Source: Eledone cirrhosa | Taxonomy: Eukaryota | Assembly (NCBI GenBank): GCA_964016885.1 | Contig: OZ024741.1 | Span: 383,284,001 to 383,348,000 of the forward strand | Length of the DNA: 64,000 bases | Direction: 5' to 3' | In this document: positions 42,311 to 55,800 of the stretch, piece after piece | How the letters are laid out: the number at the start of each line of letters is the position of its first letter | Position numbering within the stretch: the first letter of the stretch is position 1 | The notes under the pieces: generated by a model | Seen by the model: the letters and a program-made list of their open reading frames with translations, nothing else | Told to the model about the DNA's origin: nothing | Database searches by the model: none | Made by a program: the position numbers and the translations under genes

Positions 42311-43277
42311 GAGATGTAATGTTCTATTATATACTACTGTTGTTAACTTCGCCGTCCAGTAATCATATGACTAGATTCCTCTTGTGGCAGTTCTATTAAT
42401 GGATGGGAGATGGTATTGTTGCTGGCATTGGTGATTGTAAGCTGGCTGGGGTATTAGGTTACCAGAGTTGTCGTTTTATTCTTTGGCCTAGGAGTGCTGT
42501 TTATTAATTACTTAGATTTAAATTTTAAATATTGATACTTTGATGGTCATGCTATAATGTATCCATACATTTATGAATGGTTTATTAATTAGCTGATGAT
42601 CTATTATGGACGTGTTAACTATATATTCTGTGGAAGATCGTATATATTTTATGTAAGTAAATATTAAATATGTCAGAGCATTTATTAATAAGTTAGTGTA
42701 TTTATGATGTGCAAAGTCTCTGTAGTTCAGAGGTCACACACGAAAGATATAGATCCATTTAAATAAGGAAAAGCATATGAAATTTTTGACCAAGAAAGGG
42801 AGTATTTATTGTACTTGGTTATTTTTTAGCGTCCAACACTGTTCCGATAAGACTATGTTCGACCTTTTCTCAACTCTTTTAAAAAGAATATATATATGTG
42901 TGTGTGTATGTCTGTGTGTACATAAAAGTGTGGGCTTTTCAGGAAGATCTTTGTAAAAAGGGAAGTAAGTAAATACCTCCGACAGCCCACGCTGTTATAT
43001 GTATAAAGTATTAATGTTTTATGTGAGCCCATTTATACTGTTTAGTACTTTGATAGCAACATTTAGTGCTAATATTCCAGGAGACTAACGAATAGCAGAC
43101 TATTCATGATTTCTATTCAGAATTTTCCATTTCCTAGATCCATTGCCAACCAAGGCTAAAGAATAAAATCTACTCATGATGTGAGCTATTGCGCGCTAGA
43201 TATATAACTTTTAGTTCCAGTTCTACACACACACACACACAAACACACACACAAGCACGCACACACACACACACACA

Positions 43278-43345
<68 letters not shown>

Positions 43346-43379
43346 ACAGTTCAAAACAAAACGAAAGATGAATGTGCTA

Positions 43380-46300
43380 TCTATATATATAAATCTGAGG
43401 ATGTGTGTTAAGGTTTGTAACGTATGCACGTCCACATTTTCCAACGGATTCTATTCAAAGTCTTGACAATTATTGCTCTTCGTCAGGAAAAGGTCATAAA
43501 GTAAACATATTTCATATCCATCGACAATAGGGGCAACAATTGATCATGATCATTCCCCCTCTCTATAATTTAACTGCTTTACTCTCTCTGTCGCTCTTCA
43601 CTCCCTATATGACAACACTGCAGTGGAGCGTTCCGTATTGAGCGTTCCGTATTGACATACGGCTTATCTAGGGCATTTTCAATCGGCTTATTGCAAATAA
43701 CAACCCGCAAAATAACACTTCATATAACAGATTAATGCTATAGACATATGAATCGGAATGTAACCCGTGAACTTTTTCCTGGGCAAAATTATTCGAACAG
43801 ACATGACCCCATTGCCAGAGTGTTCAGACTGAAACTGGCTAAACTCTTGGCTTTAATAAAAAATGGTCAGGTATTTGGGGCCGTAAAATGTGACATGTTT
43901 ACCGTCGAATGGCAAAAACGAGGGCTGCCACATGCTCACATTTTGATTTGGTTAGCAGATAAAATCAATTCAAATGCCATAGACAGTTTCATTTCGGCTG
44001 AAATCCTTAGCCCAGCAACTGACCAGGAATTACATGACATCGTCAAAGCTAACATGGTCCGTGTGCGTCGGGTCCCCTTGAGCATCACACGTCTCTGAAA
44101 GGAGTGTCGTGCAGTAAGGGATACCCCCAAAAATTTGTTGACGCGACTCAGAATGGTGGCGACGGGTACCCCTTGTACAGGCGGAGACGGCCCGAGAACG
44201 GTGGCTTCACCACAACAGTAAAGGGAGGTCAAGTCGACAATAGATGGGTGGTCCCTTACTGCCCGCTTCTCTTGAAGATATTCAACGCCCACATCAACGT
44301 TGAATTTTGCAACTCCGTCAAGTCGATAAAATACATATGCAAATATGTAAATAAAGGCTCTGATGCCGCAATGTTCGCATTTCAAGCTGAAAATAGCAAG
44401 GACGAGGTCACAGAATACCTGGCAGGGCGGTACATCAGTAGCAAATAAGCTTTTTGGCGCCTATTTGGTTTACCCCTACACCAACGGCACCCCGCCATCG
44501 TACAGCTTGCGGTACATTTGTAGAATGGGCAAAGGGTTTACCTTACGGACCAAACCGCCGCCACGTTGGCCGCCGATCTGAAAGAGAACACTCTGACGGG
44601 TTTCTTCAAACTTTGTCAGTTCGATACATTTGCGCAAACAATTGTGTATCCCCAGGTTCCATCCTACTTTATATGGTCGAAAAACACTTGGGTGCGAAGA
44701 AAGTCAGGTCAGGCTGTTGAAAGACATCCTGGTGTAAAATTTGACAGCTGTCTTGGAAGGGTTTACCCTGTGCTCCCAAGTCAGCATGAGTGCTTTCATC
44801 TCCGCCTTCTTTTGCATGAAGTTGTAGGCCCACAAAGTTTTCAGAATCTCAAAATTGTTGATGGAGAAATATGTGATACGTACCGGGAAGCCTGCTTTAA
44901 GCGTGGTCTTTTGGAAGATGATTCGCAAAGGGATTCCACTTTAGCAGAGGGTGCTTTGTTGAAATCACCTAAAAGTCTACGGGAACTCTTTGCCATTTTG
45001 TTTCAAAAGTGTGAATTATTTGATCCTAAATCTTCATGGGTTAAGTACAGAGACTTCATGTCTGACGACTAACTGCAGATGAGCCAGGCGCAGGATCCTT
45101 CAGTGGAAGTTGGTTACAGCGACATTATCTACAACATGGCACTCATTGATATCGAGGACGCCCTCCTCGACATGGGTGGGAGTGAGTTGGCGACGTATGG
45201 CTTGCCGTCAACCGTCAGAGAGGAAGCTAACACGTTGGCCCCGGATTTGTTGCGGGAAACAGCATATGACATCGAATCTCTTTCTCAATACTTAGAGAAG
45301 ATGAGCCCAAACTCCTGTCGGACCAAATGTTGGCCTATTTAATTATCATTGACGCGGTTCAAAATCAGACTGGGGGTATTTACTTTCTCGATGCTCCTGG
45401 GGGTACCGGAAAAACCTTTGTAACGAAATTGATTCTCGCTAAGATTCGTCAGGAGAAAAAATTGCGTTGGCCGTTGCATCGTCCTGGACCGCTGCTACTT
45501 AGCTGCCCGGGGGCAGGACAGCACATTCAACCTTTAAACTCCCCTTGGATTTAGTAAAAAGTGAGACACTAACATGCAATATCAGCAAGAGCTCACACGA
45601 AGCTCTGGTTCTCAAAAAATGTTCCCTCATTGTTTGGGATGAGTGCACGGTGGCACACAAGGATGCCCTTGAGGCATTGGACTATACCCTGAAAGACATT
45701 AGGGATTCTACGGCTCCTATGGGTGGCGTAACCCTTCTGCTATCAGGGGATTTTTGGCAAACACTGCCTGTCATCTCGAAAGGGACAAGAGCTGATGAAG
45801 TGCATGCCTGCCTTAAGTCGTTCATGTTGTGGCCCCAGGAGAAGAGTTTGTACCTGAGGACAAATATGCGTGCTCAATTGAATGGTGACAACACGTCTAC
45901 AGCATTTGCTCAGAACATTTTAGCACTTGGGGAGGGCAAAGTCCTTGCGGATGACAAGGGCAGCATAGCAATCGATTCCCCGTGCAACATTGTAAGCAGC
46001 CCTTCTGACCTTTGGGAAGCAGTTTTTCCTAATGTCTCATCTAACATTAAAAACCATGATTAATTTTATTAACGAGTAGCTGATTGAGTAGATTCCCGGT
46101 AAAGAGCACATCTTCAAATCTATCGACCGGACGTCAGACCCCGACTATATCGTTAATTCTCCGGTTGAGTTATTAAATTCCCTTGAGTCCCAGGTCTCCC
46201 ACCTCACATTCATAAGCTTAGGGTTGGCTGTCTCATTATGCTAATAAGGAACTTACGTCCACCAAAGCAGTGCAACGGTACTCGCATGGTCGTCAAGTCA

Positions 46301-46630
46301 CTGACGCCCCACTTGATTGAGGCCACCATTGTAACGGGGTGCGGGAGAGGGGAGAATGTTTTCATTCCAAGGATGAACCTTTTCACCTCGGCGTCAGATA
46401 TACCGTTCGATTTCCGGCGATCCCAATTCCCGCTGAGACAATGTTTTGCCATGTCCATTAACAAGTCACAAGGGCAAACATTTTCGGTGGTGGGCATCCA
46501 TTTGGGGGAGCCATGCTTCTCCCATGGCCAACTTTTGCCTGTTCCCGCGTAGGGAGCAGGAATGGACTTTTTGCTTACACTCCTCAAGGGATGACACGCA
46601 ATATCGTCTACAAAGAGGTTTTATAGATGT
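43380..46630 (+). mobile_element. Helitron (Rep HUH nuclease + PIF1 helicase), internally deleted and mutated; 3' end not located
   Basis: 5' A|TCTATATATATAAA terminus; VEWQKRGLPHAHILIW (HUH motif); KSIKYICKYVNKG; FLDAPGGTGKTF (Walker A); IVWDEC; LSGDFWQTLPV; LIRNL..QCNGTR; QFPLRQCFAMSINKSQGQT; NIVYKEVL*. Confidence 0.93.
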
Positions 46631-46920
46631 TGGTGCAGGTGTTGGAGGTGTTGGAGCTATGCCGTCTAGAAAACTATTTCCTGGTAGGGTCACCCATAGC
46701 GGACAGATCTGACACCCAGCGGCATCAGGGCCACCATCTTGCAACTTTGGTCTGTTAAATTCGTTATTGGAAGATTATTAACCCATCATTGATTGTCCAA
46801 AATGCTAAATGGTTCGTAACTTTTAATAACCGTTTCAATTGCTTTATGCACTTAATTGATAAGCTTATTCGCTTTCAAGCCAGGTTTACCTGTATGTAAC
46901 TTTTCATAGCAAATGAACAA

Positions 46921-47955
46921 ATATAGATACCTTTTAAAATGATTAATCTCCTTTGTATATACTTCTTTAAATAAAAAATATATTTCACCAATTAACCAGT
47001 AAATCACAGCGGTCAGATCCCGGATGGTCACCAAAGGAGAAGATCCAACCATCTGCGTTTACACATCAAATGCAAATCTGTGAATGACTCGAACCACGTG
47101 TTGCATTTTATAAAAAATACAGACACCGCACCGCGTCATCCCAGTGGCGTGAATAGGATTATCGACATCTAGAAATAGCAGCCGAGTACATTCAAATGAA
47201 TTAGTTCTACAATCATTAAATTAAGGTTGCCATGTCTGAGAGACATGCGCCATATTCACTGCAGAATAAGCTCTAAGATTCCAACGAATAGATCCGAGCA
47301 TTTTATATCAACTAGAAATAGATTGACACATATATATATATATATATAAAATAAACACATGAAACAATCTCAGGGAATAATTTGTAAAGTGTGTAAGCAC
47401 ACAGCTAGATAGGTAATTAATTAAAGTTTAACTAGAACTTCAAATATAGATACCTTTTAAAATGATTAATCTCCTTTGTATATATTTCTTTAAGTAAGAA
47501 ATATATTTCACCAATTAACCAGTAAATCTTTTTATAAAATGCAACACGTGGTTCGAGTCATTCACAGATTTACATTTGATGTGTAAACGCAAATGGTTGG
47601 ATTTTCTCCTTTGGTGACCATCCAAGATTTGACCGCTGTGATTTACTGGTTAATTGGTGAAATATATATTTTATTTAAAGAAATATATACAAAGGAGATT
47701 AATCATTTTAAAAGCTATCTATATTTGAAGTTCTAGTTAAACTTTAATTAGTTACCTATCTAGCTATGTGTGCTTACACACTTTACAAATCATTCCCTGA
47801 GATTGTTTCATGTGTTTATTTTATATATATATATGTGTCAATATATTTCTAGTTGATATAAAATGCTCGGATCTATTTATTGGAATCTTAGAGCTTATTC
47901 TGCAGTGAATATGGCGCATGTCTCTCAGACATGACAACCTTAATTTAATTTTGGA
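46921..47955. mobile_element. Second member of the 23.5-24.6 kb family: 523-bp unit + partial tandem + inverted copy
   Basis: ATATAGATACCTTTTAAAATG at 46921 and 47444; inversion from ~47528 to 47955; extensive similarity to 23538-24612. Confidence 0.8.
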
Positions 47956-49136
47956 TATATATATATACATATATATCTAAAATGTCTAAAGTCTGTCTTA
48001 AGCCAGAAGGCTCATTTGGCCGGTGCTTATCCCGAGTTCATGGCGTGAAGCAACTGAGAGTACAAGAATCAACCCTGGACAGGACGCCAGTCCATCGCAG
48101 TGTTAAACCTCCAGCTATTGCTGGTACTCATTTCCAGCTGAGTGAGTATACTGGAGCAACGTGAAATCAAGTGTTTTGCTCAAGAACACAACACGCAACT
48201 CAGGAATCGAACCCACGACATTATGATCGTAAGTCCAACACCCTTACCACTAGGTCACGTCCCTCCACTATACATATATATACATATATATATATGAGTC
48301 TGTGTGTGTTTGCATGTGTAAGTGTATATACAGAAATGCGCATGGATAAACACACACCCTCACACACATACATTTACTCCCATATATACACATATATTCA
48401 TATATTCACACTCATGTATACACACGTATATTTATGTATGTATCCACCCATACAAACATGTGCATATTGGGACAGTCATATATATTTCACATGAAATGTA
48501 TACCCTTAAAACGATGCTCTTGCACATATCAAGACGTATCAATTCATTCATTGGCTTGGTGAATTCCAATCTATGGATATTTATCCTTAATTCAGCTATT
48601 AGTTAGTATAAATTAAGTGTAAGAAGTGCCATGAACTCCAATTTAACTGTAGAAAACATACTTACGCAATGCTTCTATATGTCCGTTATTATTAATGTAT
48701 TAATGTAATATAGCTGGATTGTAAAAGAGAAATATATATTTTTATCTTGTTGTCAATAAAATGTCCTTTGAAATTGTAATATATAAGGTTTCACGGGACA
48801 TCCCTTGCGTTCTCCTTGACAAGCTCTAGCCTCCTCTTATGATATCTCATTCTAATTCAGATTTCCTGTTTTAAATTTTGCATTGGTATGCTGCCTCTTC
48901 TAAATGTTTTGCATAAGCTAACTTGCTGTTTGTGAAAGAGTCTGAGTAAAAATAATAAAGTCCCTTAAAAGAGTTAGCTGTGGCGTCCATGTACACATAA
49001 GTTTTATTTATAGTTACTAGTCTACATTTTTATTCTACAGTGTTAACTAGACATTTCCCGTGTGTGTGTGCATGTAATATATATATATATATGTATGTAT
49101 TTATGTATGTATATATGTATATATATATATATATAT

Positions 49137-49219
<83 letters not shown>

Positions 49220-49268
49220 CATAATTACATACATATATATATATACATATTAGTTCACTATACCGATA

Positions 49269-49335
<67 letters not shown>

Positions 49336-49374
49336 GATATTAACAAATGGAAACTATATTTATAAAACCATATT

Positions 49375-49440
49375 TATTTCATTATACATATTTCAAGGAC
49401 ACCAAGTTAAATTATGGTGTGCTTTCATCAGATAAAATAT
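49375..49440 (-). ncRNA. Type I hammerhead ribozyme
   Basis: Reverse complement: tattttat CTGATGA aagc-acacca-taatttaact-tggtgt-cctt GAAA TATGTA TA atgaaata. Confidence 0.8.
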
Positions 49441-50099
49441 AATATAGATCAGTTTTATAAATAAATATTGACATATCCTTAAAAAATGCAACCATTACTG
49501 TTGGAAGCTCGCGGATAGTGGAGTTGAAGCTTAATTATATTATTATTAGTATTGTATATTTTTATTTTTAAAATAAGCCGTTGGGTTACGGAGAAAGAGA
49601 AGAATAAAGAAGGAGAGAGAGAAAAAGAGAGAGAGAGAGAGAGAAAAGAGAGAGAGAAGGATATATATAGAGAGAGAGGAGACAGAGAGAAGGGGAGAGA
49701 ACGAAAAACTCTAAGTCATATCTTGTTAAGTTAACTTAACAATTAGGATGAAATTAATAAATAAAATTAGAAATGTTAATAATCATGAATGGAATATATA
49801 TATATATATAATATGAGAAATTAACCATTGTTTAAATATGATTAGATGTTTAGTTAATCACTTAAAAATTGAGATCAATATATTAAAAATTGGGATCTAT
49901 ATATTAAAAATTGGGATATATATATTAAGAAATCCATATATTACTAGAGAACTACATATCATATAACACGTATACATACGCAAAAATACATATGAATATA
50001 TATACACACATATAAAATACATATACATCTATGTTTTTTTAAATATGATGACACCATCATTTGGGCAATGCTGATGGAATATTTTCCACATCATGCAGA

Positions 50100-51480
50100 T
50101 AACTTAGCGATCAATGCGGCGTTGGAGAGAGTAAAGTTTGAGCTTTTCAAGTCGACCACAGTAGTAAAGGCCTGTCATGCCGTCTATCTTTTTTGTGATT
50201 GACCTTTGAGGTGCTTCCATTTTCAAAATACTTTGTTTCGTGTTGGGAAAGTAGGGCCAGGGAAATGTAGAGATGATAAAAATAATGCTGTGGATATTAC
50301 TCGACTTGAAGGTTTCTGAGAATCCACGAACACACCTATCCTGCGGACCATGTCAACTTTGTTGTTTATATGAGTAACGCATTTTCTGGTTTTATTAACA
50401 ATTACTCCCAGGTTTCTGGTGTTGTTGGATGCGACGGGGATTTCCCTTGTACGGAGAGATTATGATTCAGTGCATCAGCATTTCCAAAGTAGATTAGATC
50501 GAATTTACCCTTGTTCAGTAGCATGTTTTTTTTTTGGGGGGGGGGTTCGCCCTTTGGATAACAGGAAGTTGATATGATTGATGGTACGTCCGGTCTCTCA
50601 TTCCATAGGTGATCTTCTGTAGCTTAAAATCATGTACAAAGTTTCTAATGTTGCTGTAGTTGGTGACGTCGATAATGTCATTGGTTTAAATAATGAAGTG
50701 TAGGGGACCCAACACAGTACGTTGTTGGGCGTCACTACTTACTTTGGCTAGGCTGGATTGTACTGCTTCGACTACAGCTTGTTGGGCTCTATTTGTCAGG
50801 AACACTTGATCCATTAGAGTAACATTTCAGAGACATCAGTTTCTTTCAGTAGCATGTCAAGATCAACCCTGTCAAAGGCCTTGCTGATATCAAGGTATAT
50901 GACATCAATTTTGGAGCCCTCTCCGAAAGCTCTTAAAATATCATAAAATTGATGCAGGAGCTGCGTTATGATGTCCCTCCATTACGGAACCCATATTGGT
51001 TGGAGTTCAGTAGATTGTTGCTTTCAAAAAAGCTGAAATATTTTAGTGGTATGAGAGGTGAGTGGGATTGGGTAGCAATCCCCTGCAAGGGACTTTTTGC
51101 CTATTTAAAAACTGGGATATAAGGTTTTCAAGGTGTATAGCCAGCATCCAGTGAATTCTTTCACATATTAGCTAGAGGAGATGCAGGTTGATGTCGACAC
51201 ACCTTCGTGACACGAACAGGGAACATATCAGAGCCTACTGCTGAGTTGTGTTTAATTTTGTTTATTGCTGCTAAGACATCGGGGACGCGAAACGTTATAT
51301 CAGATATAATGTGTTGGGGATTAACATGACTGATACAGCCCCGATCATCCATATCAGGAGAGCAGTATTGTTTGTGCAGTATCTCACCCATGGTTTAACA
51401 TTGTATTGGAGAGTCATTTTCTTCAATCAGATGGCTAATGGTGGAGACAGAGTCCGCGTATTTTTTCGCAAATGAAAAGA
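50100..51480 (-). mobile_element. Degraded CR1/L2-group LINE reverse transcriptase
   Basis: DVLAAINKIKHNSAVGSD; NLLNSNQYGFR; DVIYLDISKAFDRVD; SSDAQQRTVLGPL (GVPQG-derived). Confidence 0.8.
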
Positions 51481-51489
51481 CAACTAAGG

Positions 51490-52562
51490 GATAGAGTTTG
51501 ATTTTCTAAACGATGAATTTTCTAAACGAGTATTCCTCCCACTGAAGAAATCTCTGAGGCTGGGAATATCCGAGCCACACGCCCATGCCCACCTTCCAAT
51601 ACCGTTTCTAGTAAAGCAGGCGATTACGAGCATATCGGAGGTCAGATTAATTGAAAATACATGCACAATCTTAGGGAAAAGATTTTTTCATAATCCCCAG
51701 AGGGTACTTTTCTATAAATGTAAACGATTGAGAAGTGCTTATCTGTAACTTAGAGGCTCCCCCGCCATCAGCCCCCGATTCTGTTTTCGGAAAATGGAGA
51801 CGTTGGCAAGTGAGTCGGATAGCAGATCGGTCGAAAACAAACGAAAAAACCTAGAAAAAAAAAAATTCCCACGGAAGAAATCTCCGAGGCTGGAAAAATC
51901 CGAGGAACACCACCACACCCCCTGTCTACTGCTGATATAACGGCCCTGTTGGAAGATGGACACGACGTCAGGCAATGCTACATTTTTGTAGCACAAAAAT
52001 GGCAGCATCAGAATTATTGTTGACATATTTGCACACATACTTTCTCCCTTTCCCATTTGGTTTCGGGAGAAAAGGGCCATTGTGAGCAGATTCGTTGAAA
52101 ACACGAAAACTTAGAAAAAAAGAATTTTCTTTGGTATCCCCAGAGGGTGCTTTTTTATAAATTAAAAGAGATGTGCTTATTTGTATTTTCAAGGGTCCCC
52201 CTCCCTACTTGTCTCCGCTTTCGGAAAAGGGTTCGTTGGCGAGTGAGACAGATATCAGATTGGTTGACAACAAACGAAAACGTAGAAAACGTTTTAGTTA
52301 TAGAATGAAGGAGTTGGAGTAGTATTTCCAACTCTAGATATAGATACCATTGTGGGTGAATAGACAGTTTCTGTGTGTTAGAAGGAGCAGTAAATTATCT
52401 CCCAACTCGCCCCTCCTCCTTCCGTTTTAGGAAAATATGTCGATAGTAAGCATGTTGAAGGTGAGATTATTTGAAAACACTCGAAATGCCTTAATTATTA
52501 TCAATTTCCCTTAGTGTTCCACGTACAAACAAACCCACCTCCTTTTTAAAAATTAGTATAGA
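51490..52562 (-). mobile_element. Non-autonomous Helitron with internal degenerate tandem repeats
   Basis: 5' end (reverse complement) TCTATACTAATTTTTAAAAAGGAGG..GTTTGTTTGT; Rep vestige KYVCKYVNNNSDAAIF (~51995-52042); repeated CAGATT..TTGAAAAC..GAAAA..TAG units. Confidence 0.6.
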
Positions 52563-52664
52563 TAGATATATACATATATATATGCATTTATTTATACATA
52601 TATACATATATGTATACACACACCCACACATACACGCACCCACACATACTCACATATATAGTTA

Positions 52665-52768
52665 GCAATATTCGAAATTGCATTAAGAAAGAAGACGGTA
52701 AAGAAATAATTTAGAAAATGGTTATGTAATAACAGTAGGGTCTATATAAATTCATATGCATCTATGTG

Positions 52769-52825
<57 letters not shown>

Positions 52826-52871
52826 CTATTACTTTACCGTCTTCTTCTTATTTGATGCAATTTTGAATATT
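52665..52871. repeat. Short inverted duplication across a (TA)n tract
   Basis: CAATATTCGAAATTGCAT..AAGAAGACGGTAAAG versus CTTTACCGTCTTCTT..ATGCAATTTTGAATATTG. Confidence 0.65.
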
Positions 52872-55800
52872 GTTTATTATATTTTGTGACTATCGTTTAT
52901 CAGGTTTTTCGACTAACGTTTATTTTATTATCTACTACTATTTTCTAAAGTGGAAATATACTTACTACGACCAGTATACAACTATGGACACTTATATTTC
53001 TTATTCCCGAGAGCTATAAGTTGTTGAATATTGGAACTGAATATATGCAAACTAATAATCAATGGACACTTGAAGGAACTACTCTTACAAAATATATTCT
53101 GTACAGTGAGGCTTTTAACTGAATATTGTATACATTTAAGTCCTCCGCTAAAATCCAGACGCCTTTCAAATATATTCTGTTCACCTTTTACATCAGATGA
53201 GATATACGTAATATTTATTTTATTGTTACTAACATTAAAACTTATCTAAACCCTAATTTTCCAATAACCCCAATACATTATCTAGCATATTATCCTAAAA
53301 GATCATGAAACGAGATGAAACGATGGTAAATTTATGCATTAACATCGAGATAAAAAAATAACTTTGTGTAAGTATTTATAATGCTTTTTCGTTTATTCCT
53401 AAATTTATTCTCAGTTATATATTTGTTGTATGCGAATTCTTAAAAGTGAATTATTTAAACTTTTGGAGAATATAGGGAATATCTATATAAAGAGGAATAT
53501 GTAACGAACATCAACAATATAAAAGCATACAATAATACCAGGTGATGGGTGACTGCACATGTCTTGTTGCTTAGAATGTTTGGTTCACTAACATAAGGTC
53601 GTGAATTCGATTTATAGTGGAGCTTTGTGCCTCAGAATATTGGAACTGAATATATGCAGGCTGGACCATGTTATTTCACCTGTAAATCAAAAGGTTGGCT
53701 AGCTTTATCACAATCTGCATCCTGGTGAATCTTCCTGAGAACTACCTAAAGTCAGCACCTGTAATTTACTACAACAATAATTTCACGAAGAGGGGTTCCC
53801 ACTTTCGGGCATCTGGAATATACATCGGACTGGGGAAGATACAGCACATACACCCACACACCAGCTAATAGAGAATTAGATAGGAAATATAATATTTTAA
53901 ATGCAGCTTTAACACTTCTTTATTTGTATGATATCTCTGCATTATTTCTTAAGTTCGCCTTGTACCAAAAGTAGAAACAATTATTTCTTAAGCCGACCAA
54001 ACTGCAAATGAGTTTGGAATCTGGAATCGCTGTTCGGAAATAGAAAATAAATCAGAAGATTGAGAATAGTGAAAGAAATGCATAATTTCCCTTAATCCTG
54101 CAACTATATGTAGGTAGCAGGGTGAAAACAGCATGTTCTGGAATCCAACATCAAGCAAATATGTCATGGCCACACTTTATACAAAACGTCTCAAATCTGT
54201 CTTGAACCCGGAGGCTCATCAGGCCGGTGTTGATCCCAGTTTCTGCAGGGTGCAGTGACTGAGAGTAGAAGAATTCCCCTTTGATAAGACACTAGCCTCT
54301 CGCAGGATTAAACCCCAGATATTGTTAGCTCTCCTTTTCAGCTGAGTGTACTTGAGCAACGGGAAATAGTGTGTTTTGCTCAAGAATACTACAAACACTG
54401 TGCAGTAATCGAACCCAATACATTATGACCATAGGTCTAATATCCTTACCAGTTTGTACATATCGCTCATTAATATCTATCACTAACACATTACGATGGT
54501 CTTTGTAGTCATACACAACTAAGCTAGATCTCTTTTAAGCAATATAATCGACGTCATGTTATTAGCGTTACATTAGCTCCAAATGAATAGAATAAATTTT
54601 CAGCTTTAGTTTCGAAAGTATGCCTTGAAGTTATTTCCATCAGAATCGCTGTCGTTAAATAATCGAGTTGAGTAGGTTATTCTTGTAAGCCTGTTAGGGA
54701 ATTGTTTCTATGCTGCCAATGGTTTTGTGATTCGTTTGGGAATCTCATGTTTTCTACACTATTGAAATATCATGTTCATATCACCAATGCGAACCATGTC
54801 ATTACCTGAATTGTGGAGTTAATGCTGTTATCGTTGAGGCTCATTCATATTTTTCCTTCTCGTTTTTGTTTCTCGTGTTCTTCTGTTACATTCACTATTT
54901 TTTTATCTTTTGGTTTTTATTTCTTCTTTTGAAACTAGAAATGATAATGTCTTTTTTCTTCATTCAGTTTTCTTCTCGGTAGTTCTATATTTATCATATC
55001 TTTTCACGATTTCACTTCTTTGTTGCTGGCATACATTACTTCTATTTCTAGTATCCAGTTCTGTGCAATTTATGGGGAGGAAAAAAGTCGATTACATTAA
55101 CTCCTGTACATGACAGGTAGTTTATTTTAACAACCTCTGGATTCAAATCATAACGAGGTTAACTTTGTCATTCATCCTTTCAGCCTCGATGAAATAATGT
55201 ACCTGTCACGTACTACTGTTGGTGTAATCAACTTCCCAATTCCCACCAATAGTTAACCTTGTATCTAAATTGTTTCTTCTTTTGGCACCAATGGCAGCAA
55301 TTTGAAGGGAAGGAGAAAGTCGATAAAATTAACCCGAGTGCGTTTCTGGTACTTTATATTATTGACCCCGTAAGTGTGAAAGGCAAAGCTTACCTCGGCG
55401 AGATTTGAAATCAAAACTCAAAAGACCGTAATTATATGCCGCTCAGTAAATTGCCCGACACTCTACTGATCCTGTAAATCTATAGATCTGCCTTGTGTCT
55501 AAACTGGAAATCATGATTTTTATGAATGGTGGCTTGCAATATCGGTAGAGCATCAGACAAGATTCTTGACATTCTACGCTATGAGTTCAAATCTCGGCGA
55601 GGTGAACTTTAATTTTCATTCTTCCAGGGACAATAGAATAAAGTACTGCTTAAGTACGGTGGTGGGTGTAATAGACATTTAGATCCCCACAAATCGTTAA
55701 CCTTGTCTCTATATTAGAAACCATTATTAATACTGTTACGAGCGCGTTACGCAGAAAATATGATTTGCGACATAGAATTACGGCTTTTTACGTTCATAGT

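Noticed and set aside
51490-52480. Repeated units superficially resembling a CRISPR-like array
   Set aside because: Long degenerate tandem repeats inside a Helitron remnant; eukaryotic context, no constant repeat-spacer pattern and no cas genes.
53150-53205. CTGATGT...GAAAggcgTC on the minus strand
   Set aside because: Core mismatch and no convincing stem I or II.
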